Source of the DNA: a virus | Lineage: Duplodnaviria > Caudoviricetes | DNA length: 30,518 nucleotides | IMG/VR virus record: IMGVR_UViG_3300032237_000798 | Span: 1 to 30,518 of that record | Direction: 5' to 3' (one strand) | Shown here: in pieces, positions 7,691 to 15,052 of the stretch | Position numbering within the stretch: the first letter of the stretch is position 1 | Layout of the letters: each line of letters begins with the position of its first letter | Notes under the pieces: generated by a model | Seen by the model: the letters and a program-made list of their open reading frames with translations, nothing else | The model's database searches: none | What the model was told of the DNA's origin: nothing | Made by a program: the position numbers and the translations under genes

Positions 7691-8128
7691 ATGGACGAGT
7701 TATACGAATTACTTTATAAAACACAGACAAGTCTTTTTTGTTTGTTTCAAAAAACTTGGGTATATCATTGGAATGTTGTAGGTTCTGATTTCTATCAACT
7801 TCATACTGTATTTGGTGAGCAATATAATACAATGTTTGAAGAAATTGATAAACTTACTGAGCATATGCGTTATCTGCGTATGAAAGCAATTGGACCTATT
7901 AGTAGAGTTGTTGAAACTTCAGAACTTCCAGAAGCAACAAATGCTCCCACAGCGGAATCAATGATTAGTCAATTACTTTCTGATAATAAGAAATTAATTG
8001 AAATGCTTACTGAAGTATCAGAATCTGCAGATGGTCAGAAGTTATATGCAACTTCAAATTTAGTTCAAGAAATTATGGATACCCATGGCAAATTTGTCTG
8101 GATGTTAAGATCGTTTTTAAAGGAATGA
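7691..8128 (+). CDS. dps: Dps / ferritin-like DNA starvation protection protein
   Basis: YHWNVVGSDFYQLH, EEIDKLTEH (ferroxidase His/His/Asp/Glu positions) and C-terminal HGKFVWMLRS. Confidence 0.9.
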   Translation: MDELYELLYKTQTSLFCLFQKTWVYHWNVVGSDFYQLHTVFGEQYNTMFEEIDKLTEHMRYLRMKAIGPISRVVETSELPEATNAPTAESMISQLLSDNKKLIEMLTEVSESADGQKLYATSNLVQEIMDTHGKFVWMLRSFLKE

Positions 8129-8131
8129 AAA

Positions 8132-8383
8132 ATGTTAACTATAAGATGCAAAGATTGCAATAGGGAAGTAGTAGGTCATCAATCACAATCTAAGTGTTGT
8201 GGTTGTCCCAATATGGCAACAATTAAAGGAGATAAGATTTCAGCACTTGACTTATCTCGTATTGTTATGCTAAATTCTTTAAAAGAAGAAAAGAAAACAT
8301 CAATCTTTTCTTCTCAAGATCTTGCTTATCAAGAAGCAAGACGACAACGTAAAGTGAAGCGTCTGGATTTTGAAGTCCGTTGA
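8132..8383 (+). CDS. small Zn-ribbon-like hypothetical protein
   Basis: IRCKDC and CCGCPN motifs; basic C-terminus RRQRKVKRLDFEVR. Confidence 0.75.
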   Translation: MLTIRCKDCNREVVGHQSQSKCCGCPNMATIKGDKISALDLSRIVMLNSLKEEKKTSIFSSQDLAYQEARRQRKVKRLDFEVR

Positions 8384-8393
8384 GGACTTTTAT

Positions 8394-8480
8394 GGAGAGA
8401 CAAGCAGATTGGTGACTGCAACGCTCTTGAAAAGCGTCGAGGTGTTAAAGCCCTTAGGAGTTCGACCCTCCTTCTCTCCG
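8394..8480 (+). tRNA. trnS: tRNA-Ser(UGA)
   Basis: Acceptor GGAGAGA/TCTCTCC with G73, anticodon arm ACGCT-CTTGAAA-AGCGT, long variable arm, T arm AGGAG-TTCGACC-CTCCT. Confidence 0.93.
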
Positions 8481-8551
8481 TTATAATCAATACAAAACTC
8501 CAATATCAAAATCTTTATAATACTAATTAGTAACATTACGATACAAAATAA

Positions 8552-8710
8552 ATGGATTTTCACACCTTAAACAATTGGGTGAAGATAAAGGAAACATTTG
8601 AGAAGTCTGGAAATACGGACAACCATTTTTATAAGAGAGCATGTGCTATCATAAAAACTGGTAAAGATCCATTAGAAAATTATCTAAGTGGTAAAGGTGG
8701 GTTGACATGA
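8552..8710 (+). CDS. small hypothetical protein, 52 aa, not in the ORF track
   Basis: Translated by hand: MDFHTLNNWVKIKETFEKSGNTDNHFYKRACAIIKTGKDPLENYLSGKGGLT. Resembles a small conserved cyanophage protein. Confidence 0.7.
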   Translation: MDFHTLNNWVKIKETFEKSGNTDNHFYKRACAIIKTGKDPLENYLSGKGGLT

Positions 8711-8730
8711 TGAGGTAGTCGTGGTATGAT
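8702..8730 (+). promoter_or_regulatory. sigma70-type promoter with extended -10
   Basis: TTGACA (8702-8707), 17 nt spacer, TGg-TATGAT (-10 box at 8725-8730), upstream of tRNA-Pro. Confidence 0.8.
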
Positions 8731-8741
8731 ATATACATCAA

Positions 8742-8815
8742 CCGGGATTAGCGCAGTTTGGTAGCGCATCTGCTTTGGGAGCAGAGGGTCGCAGGTTCGA
8801 ATCCTGCATCTCGGA
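8742..8815 (+). tRNA. trnP: tRNA-Pro(UGG)
   Basis: Acceptor CCGGGAT/ATCTCGG, D stem GCGC/GCGC, anticodon arm TCTGC-TTTGGGA-GCAGA, T arm GCAGG-TTCGAAT-CCTGC. Confidence 0.95.
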
Positions 8816-8837
8816 CTTACAATAAATATCACTAATT

Positions 8838-9008
8838 ATGGAAATCTACACGGTGGAAGAGTTTCAAGAACGATTTGATGAAATGATTGATAGGGTAGAA
8901 AGGGGCGAACATATAGGAATTACAAACGGAACATATACTGCTGTAATGATACCTGCGGATGATGAACTCATACGCATACACACAGAGGAAAACAACGAAG
9001 CACCTTAA
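8838..9008 (+). CDS. Phd/YefM antitoxin-like small protein, 56 aa, not in the ORF track
   Basis: MEIYTVEEFQERFDEMIDRVERGEHIGITNGTYTAVMIPADDELIRIHTEENNEAP fits the Phd/YefM N-terminal pattern. Late-like AATAAATA at 8821-8828. Confidence 0.6.
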   Translation: MEIYTVEEFQERFDEMIDRVERGEHIGITNGTYTAVMIPADDELIRIHTEENNEAP

Positions 9009-9015
9009 TGTTCAT

Positions 9016-9103
9016 GCGAGTGAGACTTGGTAGTCAGAGGAATCTTATAAGTTCTTTCCGCCAGATTAGCGGCTTTGACCTGGTTCGAATCCAGGCACTC
9101 GTA
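9016..9103 (+). tRNA. non-canonical tRNA with UAU anticodon (nominally Ile) and a long variable arm
   Basis: Acceptor GCGAGTG/CACTCGT, D arm GACT-TGGT-AGTC, loop CT-TAT-AA (9044-9050), variable arm CCGC-cagatta-GCGG, T arm CCTGG-TTCGAAT-CCAGG. Confidence 0.75.
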
Positions 9104-9106
9104 CCT

Positions 9107-9179
9107 GCCCTTTTACCCATCTGGTGATAGGAGCGTCCTCATAAGACGACATAGGCGTGTTCGATCCACGCAAGGGGCA
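9107..9179 (+). tRNA. tRNA-CAU (elongator Met or Ile2)
   Basis: Acceptor GCCCTTT/AAGGGGC, anticodon arm CGTC-CTCATAA-GACG, T arm GCGTG-TTCGATC-CACGC. Paired 1:72 and no GGG/CCC anticodon stem, so not an initiator. Confidence 0.85.
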
Positions 9180-9181
9180 TC

Positions 9182-9233
9182 AGACAGTTAACCAACTGTC
9201 TCTCTTGACTTTCAATTTCATTTCTTCTATAAT
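9182..9233 (+). promoter_or_regulatory. sigma70-type promoter with upstream inverted repeat
   Basis: AGACAGTT-aacc-AACTGTCT (9182-9201), then TTGACT (9205-9210), 17 nt spacer, TATAAT (9228-9233). Confidence 0.8.
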
Positions 9234-9255
9234 AACAAGGTCAACATTCAAAACA

Positions 9256-9471
9256 ATGACTCTCACTGCTAAATTCAAGAAAGATATCACCACTCTTCGT
9301 GGTGCTGCTAATGGCGATTTTTATCTTGATGTAAAGAATCCGAAACTTTTCAAAAAAGTTCGTCGCTATTATCAAAATGAAGGAGTAGTATTCTCCGAAG
9401 ATGCTCTTGATAATTATGACATTCTGATTGAATGTATTGCTCAAGATCTTGAAAGTGTAGAAGTAGCATGA
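9256..9471 (+). CDS. conserved cyanophage hypothetical protein, 71 aa (MTLTAKFKKD...)
   Basis: ATG at 9256 downstream of the promoter; the track start at 9157 lies inside a tRNA. Motif LDVKNPKLFKKVRRYY..EGV.F. Confidence 0.75.
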   Translation: MTLTAKFKKDITTLRGAANGDFYLDVKNPKLFKKVRRYYQNEGVVFSEDALDNYDILIECIAQDLESVEVA

Positions 9472-9722
9472 TAAGCACACTTCCCAAAGTTCTTCTTGAA
9501 CGTGAAGGATTTCGTTTTGTAGAAAAGGGTATCATTGAACTCAATGGTAAACCCGATTATCGTCTTCAAATGCAAGATGAATATACTAAAAGGTGGCATG
9601 ACGTTTATTTGTTTGATAATTCTATGCAATGTTCTATTGCAATGGAAGATATTGAGTATGCGAAATGGTTGACGGATCAACCTTGTTATATGGATCCTAA
9701 TGACATTGAATATTGGGAGTAA
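9468..9722 (+). CDS. hypothetical protein, 84 aa
   Basis: ATGA overlap with the previous gene; motifs GIIELNGKPDYRLQ and YLFDN.MQC..AMEDIEY. Confidence 0.75.
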   Translation: MISTLPKVLLEREGFRFVEKGIIELNGKPDYRLQMQDEYTKRWHDVYLFDNSMQCSIAMEDIEYAKWLTDQPCYMDPNDIEYWE

Positions 9723-9723
9723 T

Positions 9724-9812
9724 CGTCACGGATGGACGTAAACAGCACTGGTCGGGAACCCCCCTCAGTCACGGATAGACTTTAAAAGTACTGGTGGAGT
9801 CAATTATGACCC
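9724..9812 (+). ncRNA. two tandem copies of a small pseudoknot-like RNA unit (43 nt period)
   Basis: cGTCACGGATgGACgTaAAcAGcACTGGTc versus aGTCACGGATaGACtTtAAaAGtACTGGTg, with compensatory differences. Confidence 0.6.
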
Positions 9813-9821
9813 TATTGTTTT

Positions 9822-9907
9822 ATTGCTTTTAAGAAAAGCAATTGGTGCGGGTGGGGAATACTGCCGCCTGGTTTCCAATTTCCAGTTAAAGAATTGGTGG
9901 CGAGCCT
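9822..9907 (+). ncRNA. wcaG-like RNA motif
   Basis: Two TGGTG boxes (9843, 9895), stem GCGG/CCGC, pseudoknot CTGG/CCAG plus CCAATT/AATTGG, terminal GGCGAGCC. It lies upstream of nucleotide-sugar genes, as described for the cyanophage wcaG motif. Confidence 0.7.
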
Positions 9908-9917
9908 GAAAAGACCT

Positions 9918-9947
9918 AAAGGAGAGTTGCATAAACTCTCCTTTTTT
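9918..9947 (+). terminator. intrinsic terminator after the structured RNA
   Basis: AAAGGAGAGTT-gcata-AACTCTCCTTT, an 11 bp stem ending in a T run. Confidence 0.85.
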
Positions 9948-9955
9948 GATATAAT
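9927..9955 (+). promoter_or_regulatory. sigma70-type promoter for gmd, overlapping the terminator
   Basis: TTGCAT (9927-9932), 17 nt spacer, TATAAT (9950-9955). Confidence 0.7.
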
Positions 9956-9978
9956 AAAAGGACATATTAATTTTTTAT

Positions 9979-10986
9979 ATGAAAAAAGCTTTAATAACTG
10001 GAATAACCGGACAAGATGGTTCCTATCTTGCAGAACTACTCCTTCAAAAAGGATATGAGGTTCATGGAACCATAAGGAGAAGTTCAACTATTAATAACAT
10101 TAGAATCAATCATCTGTCTCAAGATGTAGTTCTCCATCATGCCGATCTCACAGACTCTACTAATATTCTTCATGTTATTCAAGAAGTTGAACCAACGGAG
10201 ATTTATAATCTTGCCGCACAAAGTCATGTGAAAGTGTCATTTCAAATGCCTGCATATACAGCAGAAGTTGATGCTCTTGGTGCTGTTCGTATTCTTCATA
10301 GTCTTTGTATTCTTGGAATGGATAAGGATGTTCGATTCTATCAGGCATCTACTTCTGAAATGTTTGGTCTGGTACAGGAAATTCCTCAAAAAGAAACTAC
10401 ACCATTTCATCCCCGTAGTCCTTATGGAGTTGCAAAATTATATGCACATTGGATTACAAAAAATTATCGAGAATCTTATGGAATTCATGCAAGTTCTGGA
10501 ATTTTATTTAATCATGAATCTCCAAGAAGAGGTGAAACATTCGTAACACGTAAAGTTGTTATTGGTTTGTCCAAAATTCGTTCGGGTGATCTTGACTGTC
10601 TTCAACTTGGTAATTTAAATGCTAAACGTGATTGGGGACATGCTAAAGACTTTGTTGAAGCAATGTGGTTAATGCTCCAACAAGAACAACCTGATGATTA
10701 TGTTATTTCTACTGACGAGCAACATTCTGTTCGTGAGTTTGTTGAAAAATGTGCTCCTTATTTTGGGATGAATATTGAATGGCAAGGCACTGATCTTGAT
10801 GAAGTTGGAATTGACACCGTAACCGGTAAAGTTATTATTAGAGTTAATGAAAAATATTTTCGACCAGCAGAAGTTGATACATTGATAGGTGATTATACAA
10901 AGGCAAAAGAAAAATTGGGATGGACACCAAAAATTACATTTGATCAGTTAGTTAAAGATATGTGCTTGAATGAACAAAAATTTTAG
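9979..10986 (+). CDS. gmd: GDP-mannose 4,6-dehydratase
   Basis: [55 protein letters not shown] and RDWGHA. Confidence 0.97.
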   Translation: MKKALITGITGQDGSYLAELLLQKGYEVHGTIRRSSTINNIRINHLSQDVVLHHADLTDSTNILHVIQEVEPTEIYNLAAQSHVKVSFQMPAYTAEVDALGAVRILHSLCILGMDKDVRFYQASTSEMFGLVQEIPQKETTPFHPRSPYGVAKLYAHWITKNYRESYGIHASSGILFNHESPRRGETFVTRKVVIGLSKIRSGDLDCLQLGNLNAKRDWGHAKDFVEAMWLMLQQEQPDDYVISTDEQHSVREFVEKCAPYFGMNIEWQGTDLDEVGIDTVTGKVIIRVNEKYFRPAEVDTLIGDYTKAKEKLGWTPKITFDQLVKDMCLNEQKF

Positions 10987-11004
10987 AATAGGGAGGAAAT
11001 ACTA

Positions 11005-12168
11005 ATGTATTGGCCGCTGATGAAAGATACGATTACTTTTAGTGATCGGTTAAAAATGGCAAAATTTTTGTTATTTACAAGTCGTCTTACTAATGGTCCA
11101 AAAGTAAGGGAGTTTGAAGATGAATGGTCCAAATGGTTGGGATGTGATTATTCTCTTTATGTTTCTTCTGGAAGCACTGCAAATTCTTTATTGATTTCAT
11201 CCGTTAAAGAACTTTATAATCTTAAGGACGGAGATAAAGTTATTGTACCAGCTTGTACTTGGGTTACTAATGTTGCTCCAGTAATTCAATCTGGACTTAC
11301 TCCTATTTTTTGTGATGTTAATCTTCAAAACTTTAGTTTTGATGAAGATGATTTAGAATATATTGCAAAAGAACATCCAGATGTAAAAGCAATTTTTATT
11401 ACACATCTTCTTGGTCTTTCTGCAAATAATGAAAAATATAAAGAGTTATTTCCAAATGCTCTTATACTTGAAGATATTTGTGAGTCCCATGGAGTAGAAA
11501 ATTCTCAAGGAGTATGTAGAGGAAAAGATTCTCTTGGATCTACCTTTAGTTTTTACTTTGGACATCATATGACTACAATTGAAGGTGGTATGGTATGTAC
11601 AAACAATAAAGATTTGTATGAACTCATGCGTATGAAGCGTAGTCATGGTATGGCAAGAGAATCCAGTCCAGAAAGGTTTCAGCAGTATATAAATGAAAAT
11701 CCTGATATTTCAAAACAGTTTTTGTTTATGACTGATGGATATAACTTTAGAAATCATGAAGTTTGTGCAGTTCTTGGAATATCTCAATTAAAAAGATTGA
11801 ACAATATGATTGAAATACGCAGAAGAAATTATAAAGATTTTTGTATTTCTATCAATCGTAATAGACATAAGTTTTATATTCCAGAATATAAAATTGGAAA
11901 TAGTAGTTTTTGCTTTCCAATTATCTGTAAAGATTCGAAGAATATGATTAAACTTAAAGAAATTTTTGATTCAAAGTCAATTGAGCATAGGCCAATTGTA
12001 AGTGGAAATCTTTTGAGACATCCTGCTTTTAGAAAGTATAAAATTTGTACTCAAAAAGAAAACCTAAATGTAGAACTTCTACATACAAGTGGTGTTTATG
12101 TTGGAAATAATCATTTTGTTACGCCACAACAGATGAGAGTATTATCCGATATACTTGACAGTATTTAA
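11005..12168 (+). CDS. colD: PLP-dependent DegT/DnrJ-family enzyme, ColD-like GDP-4-keto-6-deoxymannose 3-dehydratase
   Basis: SSGSTAN, EDICESHG and SFYFGHHMTTIEGG, with His replacing the Schiff-base Lys. No Fe-S Cys motif. Directly after gmd. Confidence 0.7.
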   Translation: MYWPLMKDTITFSDRLKMAKFLLFTSRLTNGPKVREFEDEWSKWLGCDYSLYVSSGSTANSLLISSVKELYNLKDGDKVIVPACTWVTNVAPVIQSGLTPIFCDVNLQNFSFDEDDLEYIAKEHPDVKAIFITHLLGLSANNEKYKELFPNALILEDICESHGVENSQGVCRGKDSLGSTFSFYFGHHMTTIEGGMVCTNNKDLYELMRMKRSHGMARESSPERFQQYINENPDISKQFLFMTDGYNFRNHEVCAVLGISQLKRLNNMIEIRRRNYKDFCISINRNRHKFYIPEYKIGNSSFCFPIICKDSKNMIKLKEIFDSKSIEHRPIVSGNLLRHPAFRKYKICTQKENLNVELLHTSGVYVGNNHFVTPQQMRVLSDILDSI

Positions 12169-12183
12169 ATTGTTTGATAAAAT
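12155..12183 (+). promoter_or_regulatory. sigma70-type promoter with extended -10
   Basis: TTGACA (12155-12160), 17 nt spacer, TGa-TAAAAT (-10 box at 12178-12183). Confidence 0.75.
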
Positions 12184-12207
12184 TTATTTAAAATAGGAGT
12201 TTAGTAA

Positions 12208-13275
12208 ATGAGCGAAAGACAAAAAACAGCACTTGTTTGTGGTGCTGGTGGATTTATTGGAAGTTACATGGTAAGGAGACTTCGAGAGGAAGGATACTGG
12301 GTTCGTGGAGTAGATCTTAAGTATCCTGAATTTTCTTCGTCTGCGGCAAATGAGTTTATTCAAGGAGACTTGAACGATCAAATTTTTGTTGAAAAAGTCG
12401 TTCAATTTAAAGGATATGCTGGCAACTATTATCATTTTGTAGCATCCAAATACATTGAAACCTTTGATGAGATTTATCAGTTTGCTGCTGATATGGGTGG
12501 TGCAGGATATATTTTTACGGGAGATCATGATGCAGATGTAATGCATAACTCTGCACTAATTAATTTGAATATTCTGGATTCTGTAAGAAAACTGAATGAC
12601 TTTACTGGCAGAAATAAGACTAAGATCTTTTATTCATCTTCTGCATGTATTTACCCAGAATATGCTCAGATGGATGTAGATAATCCTGGTCTAAAGGAAT
12701 CTGATGCATATCCTGCAGGCCCTGACTCTGAGTATGGATGGGAGAAATTGTTCTCTGAACGTCTGTATCTTTCTTACAGCCGTAACTATGATATTCCTGT
12801 AAGGATTGCTCGATACCACAATATCTTTGGTCCCGAAGGTACTTGGACTGGTGGAAAGGAGAAGTCTCCTGCTGCTATGTGCCGTAAGATTGCTGAACTT
12901 CCTCCTGGTGGAGGAACAATTGATATTTGGGGAGATGGAGAGCAAACACGTTCATTCTTGTTTATTGATGAATGTATTGAAGCAACTCGTCGTTTAATGG
13001 ATTCTGATTTTGAAGGTCCAGTAAATATTGGTTCTGAAGAGATGGTAACTATTAATACTCTTGCTGACACTGCGGCTAAAGTCTCTGGAAAGGAAATTAC
13101 TAAAAACCATATTGATGGACCTCTTGGTGTTCGTGGACGTAATTCCAACAATAATCTTATTCGAGAAAAACTTGGTTGGGACTATACGATGACTCTTGAA
13201 GAGGGTATTCTTAGAACTTATGAATGGATTAACGCCCAAGTCTATAAAGATACTGTTATGTATCATCCTTTTTAA
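12208..13275 (+). CDS. NAD-dependent epimerase, GDP-mannose 3',5'-epimerase (GME)-like
   Basis: GAGGFIG, AADMGGAG, YSSSACIYPE, YGWEKL, RYHNIFGPEGTW.GGKEKSPAAMCRK and GVRGRNS. Confidence 0.85.
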   Translation: MSERQKTALVCGAGGFIGSYMVRRLREEGYWVRGVDLKYPEFSSSAANEFIQGDLNDQIFVEKVVQFKGYAGNYYHFVASKYIETFDEIYQFAADMGGAGYIFTGDHDADVMHNSALINLNILDSVRKLNDFTGRNKTKIFYSSSACIYPEYAQMDVDNPGLKESDAYPAGPDSEYGWEKLFSERLYLSYSRNYDIPVRIARYHNIFGPEGTWTGGKEKSPAAMCRKIAELPPGGGTIDIWGDGEQTRSFLFIDECIEATRRLMDSDFEGPVNIGSEEMVTINTLADTAAKVSGKEITKNHIDGPLGVRGRNSNNNLIREKLGWDYTMTLEEGILRTYEWINAQVYKDTVMYHPF

Positions 13276-13277
13276 AT

Positions 13278-14168
13278 ATGAAAATTTGTTTTTATACGGA
13301 AGCACATCTTGGAGATTTTCTCTTTTCAGCACCTTTTATTCAACTTTTAGTTGAAAAATACCCTGAAAATCAATATTATCAATATGTTTATGGTTCTGAT
13401 GCAACTGTATTTCCTGATATATTCATGAAAACAGTTAATGGTTTGATCCCTACAAAAGAAATTTGTGGAGATCTTAATATTCCTACTTGGCTTTGTAATA
13501 GGGAATACTCAGTATTAAGCATTCCTCAAACAGAAAATAATCAAACATTTCCTGGATTAGAAGATGTTTTCTTTGTCCATAAACGTGCTTGGGATTATAT
13601 TTTTAAAAAGCATGGTTTTGATATAAAAATACCAGACAATATTGGCATTAGTTTTGACTATGAAAATATTTTAGATGAGGAGTCTCTAAAATCAATTCAA
13701 AAGTTTGGTGAAAATAAAAGAAAAAAAGTATTCTTTATTAATATCAAAGGTAAGTCTGGACAAACAGATAATGATGATTGGTTGAATAATATTTTCCATC
13801 TTTCTGAATTGTATCCGAACATTGATTTTTGTTATATGAATGAGGAGCAAACAAAAGTTGACAAACAAAATGTAATTCATACACCATCAATTTTTGGAAA
13901 CCATTCATCTGATATATTTCATAATGCATATTTGAGTACATTCTGTGATATAATTGTTGGTAAGAATTCTGGAGCATTTGTTGCAATATCAATGCACAAT
14001 GATAATGTGACAAATCCAAATAAAGTTCTTATATCGCAGACTCAAGATAATGTTCATAAAAAAGATTTAGAAGTTTATTTTAATAAAAAACTTTATAAAG
14101 CAAAAAATATACATACCAACATCACTAAAGAAAGTTTTGATACTTTGGAAAAAATTTTATGTCAATAA
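13278..14168 (+). CDS. putative glycosyltransferase, divergent GT-B/GT9-like
   Basis: N-terminal HLGDFLFSAPFIQLLVEKYPE and C-terminal CDIIVGKNSGAF echo heptosyltransferase motifs. Confidence 0.5.
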   Translation: MKICFYTEAHLGDFLFSAPFIQLLVEKYPENQYYQYVYGSDATVFPDIFMKTVNGLIPTKEICGDLNIPTWLCNREYSVLSIPQTENNQTFPGLEDVFFVHKRAWDYIFKKHGFDIKIPDNIGISFDYENILDEESLKSIQKFGENKRKKVFFINIKGKSGQTDNDDWLNNIFHLSELYPNIDFCYMNEEQTKVDKQNVIHTPSIFGNHSSDIFHNAYLSTFCDIIVGKNSGAFVAISMHNDNVTNPNKVLISQTQDNVHKKDLEVYFNKKLYKAKNIHTNITKESFDTLEKILCQ

Positions 14169-15052
14169 GTTATAAAAAACTTGATAATATATCTCAACTC
14201 GATAAGAAAAAGTTTGAGACAGAAAATTGGTATTTGATGAACTGGGGAATGGGTGATGCAATTAATGCAACTCTTTTTTTGGAAAGTCAATCTCCAGTTC
14301 CATATAAAATTTCTTGTCGTCCTGGTGTCTTCAACGCCGTTAAATTTATTTTGGAAAACTTTGTAGAGAATCCAAAATGTCAAGAGGTTGAAGTATATCC
14401 TATTATGTCTGGATATCCAATTGATCAAGATGAAGTCCTGATGTCTAAAAATGGATTTGGGCCTCATAGTATTGGAAATGCACATACACTTGGGAGATTA
14501 AAGATTATGCACTTTCCTCCCAGAGACTGGTGGTTTGCACAGAAACTTGAAAACTGCGGCATTTTAGATAAGATCAATAGGTATGATTCTGTGGAAAAAA
14601 CAATAGAAGAAAAAACTTGTGTTTTGTTTCCAGAGTGTGGTGATAATTTTCAACTTGATGATTCTTTTTGGGAAGAAATTGTTAATAAGTTAAATGAGAA
14701 GGGGTATAGAGTATTTGTTAACTGGACTAATAAAAAAGATTTTTATAAACAAAAAATATTTAAAGGAACTGAAAAATTAGATAAATTTGAGATACAAGAT
14801 TTGTGCGATCATTTAGTACGTCATAAAAATATAGTAACTATTGGATTGAGGACAGGTATTTTTGACTTCTTAAAGTTTTTTGAGTTTAGAAAAATTCAAT
14901 TTTACCCTGACCTGGAGGATATAAATAGACCAGATCCTACAAGGGCTCTTTATGAATGGTGTCATTTAGAAAATGACATTTATGCAAAAAACAATATTGA
15001 AATGAAACTGACCGATTACAAACCAGAAGTTCTTGATTTGATTATTCCATGA
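14159..15052 (+). CDS. putative glycosyltransferase, divergent GT-B/GT9-like
   Basis: GMGDAI, W.EIV.KL.EKGYRV and TIGLRTGIFD; cluster context. Confidence 0.4.
   Translation: MSISYKKLDNISQLDKKKFETENWYLMNWGMGDAINATLFLESQSPVPYKISCRPGVFNAVKFILENFVENPKCQEVEVYPIMSGYPIDQDEVLMSKNGFGPHSIGNAHTLGRLKIMHFPPRDWWFAQKLENCGILDKINRYDSVEKTIEEKTCVLFPECGDNFQLDDSFWEEIVNKLNEKGYRVFVNWTNKKDFYKQKIFKGTEKLDKFEIQDLCDHLVRHKNIVTIGLRTGIFDFLKFFEFRKIQFYPDLEDINRPDPTRALYEWCHLENDIYAKNNIEMKLTDYKPEVLDLIIP

Noticed and set aside
8530-8544. NtcA site (GTAacattacgaTAC)
   Set aside because: Spacing is N9 rather than the required GTA-N8-TAC.
9724-9812. Mini CRISPR array or preQ1-I riboswitch
   Set aside because: Only two imperfect copies with very short spacers and no cas genes; the loops lack the preQ1-I consensus as I recall it.
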